DNA from: Chrysomallon squamiferum
Lineage: Eukaryota > Animalia > Mollusca
DNA: 64,000 nt
Assembly (NCBI GenBank): GCA_012295275.1
Contig: CM022666.1
Coordinates: 7,254,001 to 7,318,000, forward strand
Reading direction: 5' to 3'
The position numbers were made by a program, and so were the translations under genes. Shown here in pieces: positions 58,784-64,000 of the stretch. The notes beneath the pieces are model-generated. The model did not search any database. It saw only the letters and a list, made by a program, of their open reading frames with translations, and was not told where the DNA came from. Every line of letters begins with the position of its first letter. Position 1 is the first letter of the stretch.

Positions 58784-60114
58784 AAAAATAAAGATATGCA
58801 GACGTTACACATGTACGCTGTGAACCTGTGAAAGAAGTGACGTTGGGGGGGGGAGGAAATCGAAAAAAGCCGAAACAGCATGCATCGCCATTTTCTCTTC
58901 TGTTCGCTATACTTTGTAGAAATTTAAATAATTTGTTGCTCTCAAAGCACTCCGCAGTCACGAGACTGTAATCGCTGTTTTTGTGGTTCATTCACACAGA
59001 AAACTTTTCCCTCGAGCTCCGTCGTTCATTTTCGTCGACATAATAACAGTCATTTAAGTCTAGTAGCGTCGCTGACAATCGGGAGATAACTCTATTAAAT
59101 CACTGTCATTCAAACTGTAATTCGCTGCCAAGTCTCATGACGTCATTATTGCTTTCACCCGCTACGGGAAAATAAACAAGCGGCAAAAACAAAAAGCAAA
59201 AACAAAAACAACAAAAAAAAACCTAAGAAAAACCTCAAAAGAACCTCATAATAATAGTTGTAAAAAACGTTTCTTCTTCTTCTTCTACTTTTTTTTTTTT
59301 TTTTTTTCTTCTTAATAATGTGGCTTCGGGTAACATTATTAAAAAAAAAAAAAAAAAAAAATGTTTGACGTATCTGAAATGAAATGACAGTTTATTTATA
59401 ACGACTTTTCAATATTTTTTTGTTTTCTTTTCAGCGCCTACATTTTCGTTTTTAAAGGTTTCACAGACGTAGATCACTTTTTTCGTCTGTGAGTGTATAA
59501 AACAATTTTAATGGAGGCTCAAGAAAAATAAAATAAAATAAAATAAAATAAAACAAATAAATGTAAGAAAATGAACTAAAATAAAATAACAAACAAATCT
59601 TTTTCTTTATCGTCAGTCTCTTTACTAGAACAACAACAACAATACGAACATTTTTGTACATCTACACACACACACACACCCCTACGCACATACACACAAA
59701 GTCAACAAACATTATGTTCAAAAATTTTCTTTTTTGTCTTTTTTTTTCTTTTTTTCTGCACAACACTCACACAAGGAAATTTATCTTTTTAATTGCTATA
59801 CATTGTTTTTATGGTGCTTTTTTGATATACTTACCTCAATAACGTAGATATATATGTAAACATAGCCCCCGGGACAAACTAAAGGTGACATGTTTACCAT
59901 TTGTGAACAAGGTTGTTACTCTTTGTTATATAAAGTGCCTCGAATGGTAAAAATATTTCTGTGACACTGATTTACTGGATGTGCGGTCAAGAGACACAAT
60001 TAAAACAAACATTTCACAGATGCAGTATTTTACAGGTTAAACAGTAACGTTTTTATGGGGTATACGAAATATTATTTATCAAACAGATTTTCTCTCTGTT
60101 TCTCTCCTTTCTAG

Positions 60115-60202
<88 letters not shown>

Positions 60203-60868
60203 ATTTCTTCATCTCTGCACTTTTAAAATAATCAATGGGGAAACAACTCTCAATGTTAAATATTCGCGAACTACGTCTGGATTTATCTCCCTTGGACATT
60301 TAAAGAAAAATAAATTAATGCTTTTTTTTATTGTTGTTGCTGCAGTTGTTGTTGTCTTATCATCATCGTCGTAGCTATCATCATTATTATCACTTACAAA
60401 AAACAGAAGGTCACTAGGACATTTTTCTTGATTGATTCGTGCAAAAGTTTTAGAACATACCGAAGCTGTTCTGTTACGCTAAAACGCCGGACTTTTGATC
60501 ATATTTTTCCACTCCGTGTCTGAATATTCAGTTTTCTTAAGCAATGGCTACGCGATGGGAATCATGGGATGCTATTCCGAAAGAAGGGCTGTGCACTGAA
60601 GAAAAGAATTTCTTCCTCTTTAATGTGCTGGTTATCATCCACATCTCAATAACGTTTTACTTGAGAGCTCATAAATCAACGATGAGAAAATCTGCTGTAC
60701 TCATTTCTGTACTTCTTTCTGTTTCTTTCTTTCTTGCTGTCTGTTTGTCTGTTTATCTGTCTATTTCTCCGTCTGTCCAGCTCTCTCCCACGCTTTCTCT
60801 CTGTTTATCTATACATTTATCTATCTATCCTTCCATCCTCTTTTATTTTCTCTTTCTTCATTTTCTCT

Positions 60869-60976
<108 letters not shown>

Positions 60977-61216
60977 AATATGCGTTCATATATCTTCTTT
61001 TTTTTCTACACAAGGTAGTACATAACTTGCTTATTCAGCAGAAATAATTATTAGTCACAAATGTTCACTTTTCTAATCTGTTACTGTTAATCAGAGGTGA
61101 AATAGTGAACAGGCAATTGTTTGTGTTGATATCATTGTTATCTAACGATGTGTAACGATTAAAACTGATAGTCCAATAGTGCTAATGATACGAATTTCCC
61201 TTACCTCTGTATGACC

Positions 61217-61313
<97 letters not shown>

Positions 61314-61329
61314 CAGAGAGAGAGAAACA

Positions 61330-61690
61330 AGAAGAAGAAGAAGAAAGAGAGACAAATAGACAGGAGATAGTGACAGATATAGAGAGAGAGACAGAGAGAG
61401 ACAGAATGAAGAAGAAGAAGAAGAAAGAGAGAGAAAGAGACAAATAGGAAATAGTGACAGATAGATAGACTGAGAGAGAGAGAGAGAGAGAGAAAGAAAG
61501 AAGAAGAACGAGAGAGAAAGAGACAAATAGACAGGAGATAGTGACAGATAGATAGATTGAGAGAGAGATAGAGAGAGAAAAAGAAAGAAAGAAAGAGAAG
61601 GAGAAGAAGAACAGAGAGAAAAGAGACAAATAGACAGGAGATAAAGTGACAGATAGATAGATAGAGATAGAGAGAGAGAGAGAGAGAGAA
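61330..61690. repeat. Higher-order purine-rich repeat, about 4 units with core agagacaaatagacaggagatagtgacagata
   Basis: Core recurs at about 61348, 61437, 61519 and 61622, separated by (GA)n/(GAA)n. Confidence 0.75.
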
Positions 61691-61698
61691 CGAGAGAA

Positions 61699-61731
<33 letters not shown>

Positions 61732-61790
61732 AGAAGAGAGAAAAGAGAGAAAGAAAAACAGAAAAGAGATAGATAGAGAGAGAGAGAGAA

Positions 61791-61877
<87 letters not shown>

Positions 61878-62228
61878 TCAGAAAGAGAAAGAGAGAATAA
61901 GAAAGAAGAGTCAATATTTTAAAAGAGATCAAAGAGGAGGAGAGACAGAACGAGAGAGAAAGAAAGAAAAAAAAAATGATGAAGAATGATAAAATCTGAC
62001 AAAAAGAAGAGAAAAGAAGGAAGGAAAGAAGAATGAAAGAACAAGAAAGATAAAATAAGACAGATGAAAACAAAGAAAAAAAATAAGAGAAAAAAAACAA
62101 GGTAAAAAAAAAATAAAAGGGAATTAAAGTTTAAGGGGAAAGAAAATGATACAAGAAATATTGTCCCATATATAAATATATATATGTATGTATGTATATG
62201 TATGTATGTATATGTATGTATGTAAATG

Positions 62229-62260
<32 letters not shown>

Positions 62261-62284
62261 TGTATGTATGTATGTATGTATGTA

Positions 62285-62316
<32 letters not shown>

Positions 62317-62500
62317 CATGTATGTATGTATGTATATGTATGTATATGTATGTATGTATGTGTATGTATGTATGTATGTTTGTATGTGTATGTATCTATG
62401 TATGTATGTATGTATGTATGTATGTGTGTGTGTATGTATGTATCTATGTATGTATGTATGTATGCATGTATGTATGTATGAATCTATTTATGTATGAATC

Positions 62501-62536
<36 letters not shown>

Positions 62537-63280
62537 TTTATGAGTACGTGTGTACATAGTATTTTCTATATTTACCTGCATATGTATGCCTCTATTTTTC
62601 TGTTTATCGTATTTAAAACTTTTTTTCTACTTTTTTCTAGTTTTTTTTTCTTTTTTTTTTTTTTTTCTACTTTTTTTTTCTTTATTTTTTTCCCTCTGTT
62701 TTTTTCCTTGTGTTGATAAAGTTTGGATTGTCTGCTGCAGGGTTTGACGTCAAAGGTTGTTAGTAAATGTGTCAGCCAGTAAGTCAGTGTCACAGTATCC
62801 ACATAGTGTACTAAACCATCCAGTGAGTCACTAGATACTGACAACTAGTATGTACTTTTAAGCTAGTAGGTAATTGTAAAACGTAAACCGAGTTGTTTGT
62901 GCGTGTGTGTGTGTGCGTGTGTGTGTGTGTGTGTGTTTCTGTGAATGTATGTGTTTGTTTATGTGTATGTTTGTGCATGGATGATTTGTGTGTGTATTTG
63001 TGTATGTATATGTGTATCTTTGTATGTGTGGATGTATGTGCATGATTGTATATGTATGTGTGTTTGGGTGCGGATGTATGTGTATGTATATGTTGTGTAT
63101 GTTTGTGTTACGGATGTGTATGTATGTTTGAATATGTATGTGTGTATGTGTGTGTGGATGTATGTGTATGCTTTTATATATATGTGTTTATGTCTGTGGA
63201 TGTATGTGTGTATTTCTATATGTGTATGTGTATGTGTATGTTTTTGGATTTATCTGTGTATGTATCTGTGTATGTATTTG

Positions 63281-63770
63281 TGTATGTATCTGTGTAGGTT
63301 TGTGCGTTTGTGTAGGTTTTTGTGTATGTATCTGTATATGTTCGTGTATGTATCTGTGTAGGTTTGTGTGTTTGTGTAGGTTTTTGTGTATGTATCTGTA
63401 TATGTTCGTGTATGTATCTGTGTAGGTTTGTGTGTTTGTGTAGGTTTTTGTGTATGTATCTGTATATGTTCGTGTATGTATCTGTGTAGGTTTGTGTGTT
63501 TGTGTAGGTTTTTGTGTATGTATCTGTATATGTTCGTGTATGTATCTGTGTAGGTTTGTGTGTTTTGTGTTTGTGTAGGTTTGTGTGTTTGTGTAGGTTT
63601 TTGTGTATGTATCTGTATATGTTTGTGTATGTATCTGTGTAGGTTTGTGGGTTTGTGTAGGTTTGTGTGTTTGTGTAGGTTTGTGTGTTTGTGTATGTTT
63701 TTATGTATGTATCTGTGTATATGTTCGTGTATGTATCTGTGTAGGTTTGTGTGTTTGTGTATGTTTTTGT
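63281..63770. repeat. 64-bp tandem repeat built from TG-rich microsatellite subunits (at least 4 clean copies plus degenerate ones)
   Basis: Marker 'atatgttcg' recurs with ttcg at 63341, 63405, 63469 and 63533 (period 64). Confidence 0.85.
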
Positions 63771-64000
63771 GTATGTATGTATGTATGTATGTATGTATGT
63801 ATGTATGTATGTATGTATGTATGTATGTATGTATGTATGTATGTATGTATGTATGTATGTATGTATGTATGTATGTATGTATGTATGTATGTATGTATGT
63901 ATGTATGTATGTATGTATGTATGTATGTATGTATGATGTGCGTATGTTTGAATGTTTATTGTTTACACAGATAAGGAAAAGCGGATTTAATTACATATGC

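Overview
Animal (invertebrate-like) genomic DNA, AT-rich and packed with microsatellites; almost all ORFs in the supplied track are microsatellite translations. The window is dominated by one + strand, multi-exon receptor-type (single-pass membrane) guanylyl cyclase gene spanning about 7578-50888. I reconstructed 17 coding exons by hand with AG/GT boundaries and matching phases. They encode the C-terminal part of an ANF-receptor-like ectodomain, a TM helix, a kinase-homology domain, a class III guanylyl cyclase domain with intact catalytic and GTP-specificity residues, a 15-nt microexon and a long low-complexity tail. The 5' exons were not found in the window. As assembled, the gene has three lesions: a +1 frameshift near 7600, a badly corrupted signalling-helix exon at about 38550-38675, and a frameshift in the last exon near 50115. 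Assembly error is the most likely explanation, but none is proven. A 30-bp minisatellite reiterates the splice donor of the first catalytic exon about 12 times. There are two near-identical tRNA-Thr(AGT) genes on opposite strands and several small dispersed and tandem repeats. I see no convincing evidence of a wholly new biological system; the best leads are these splicing and reading-frame anomalies.
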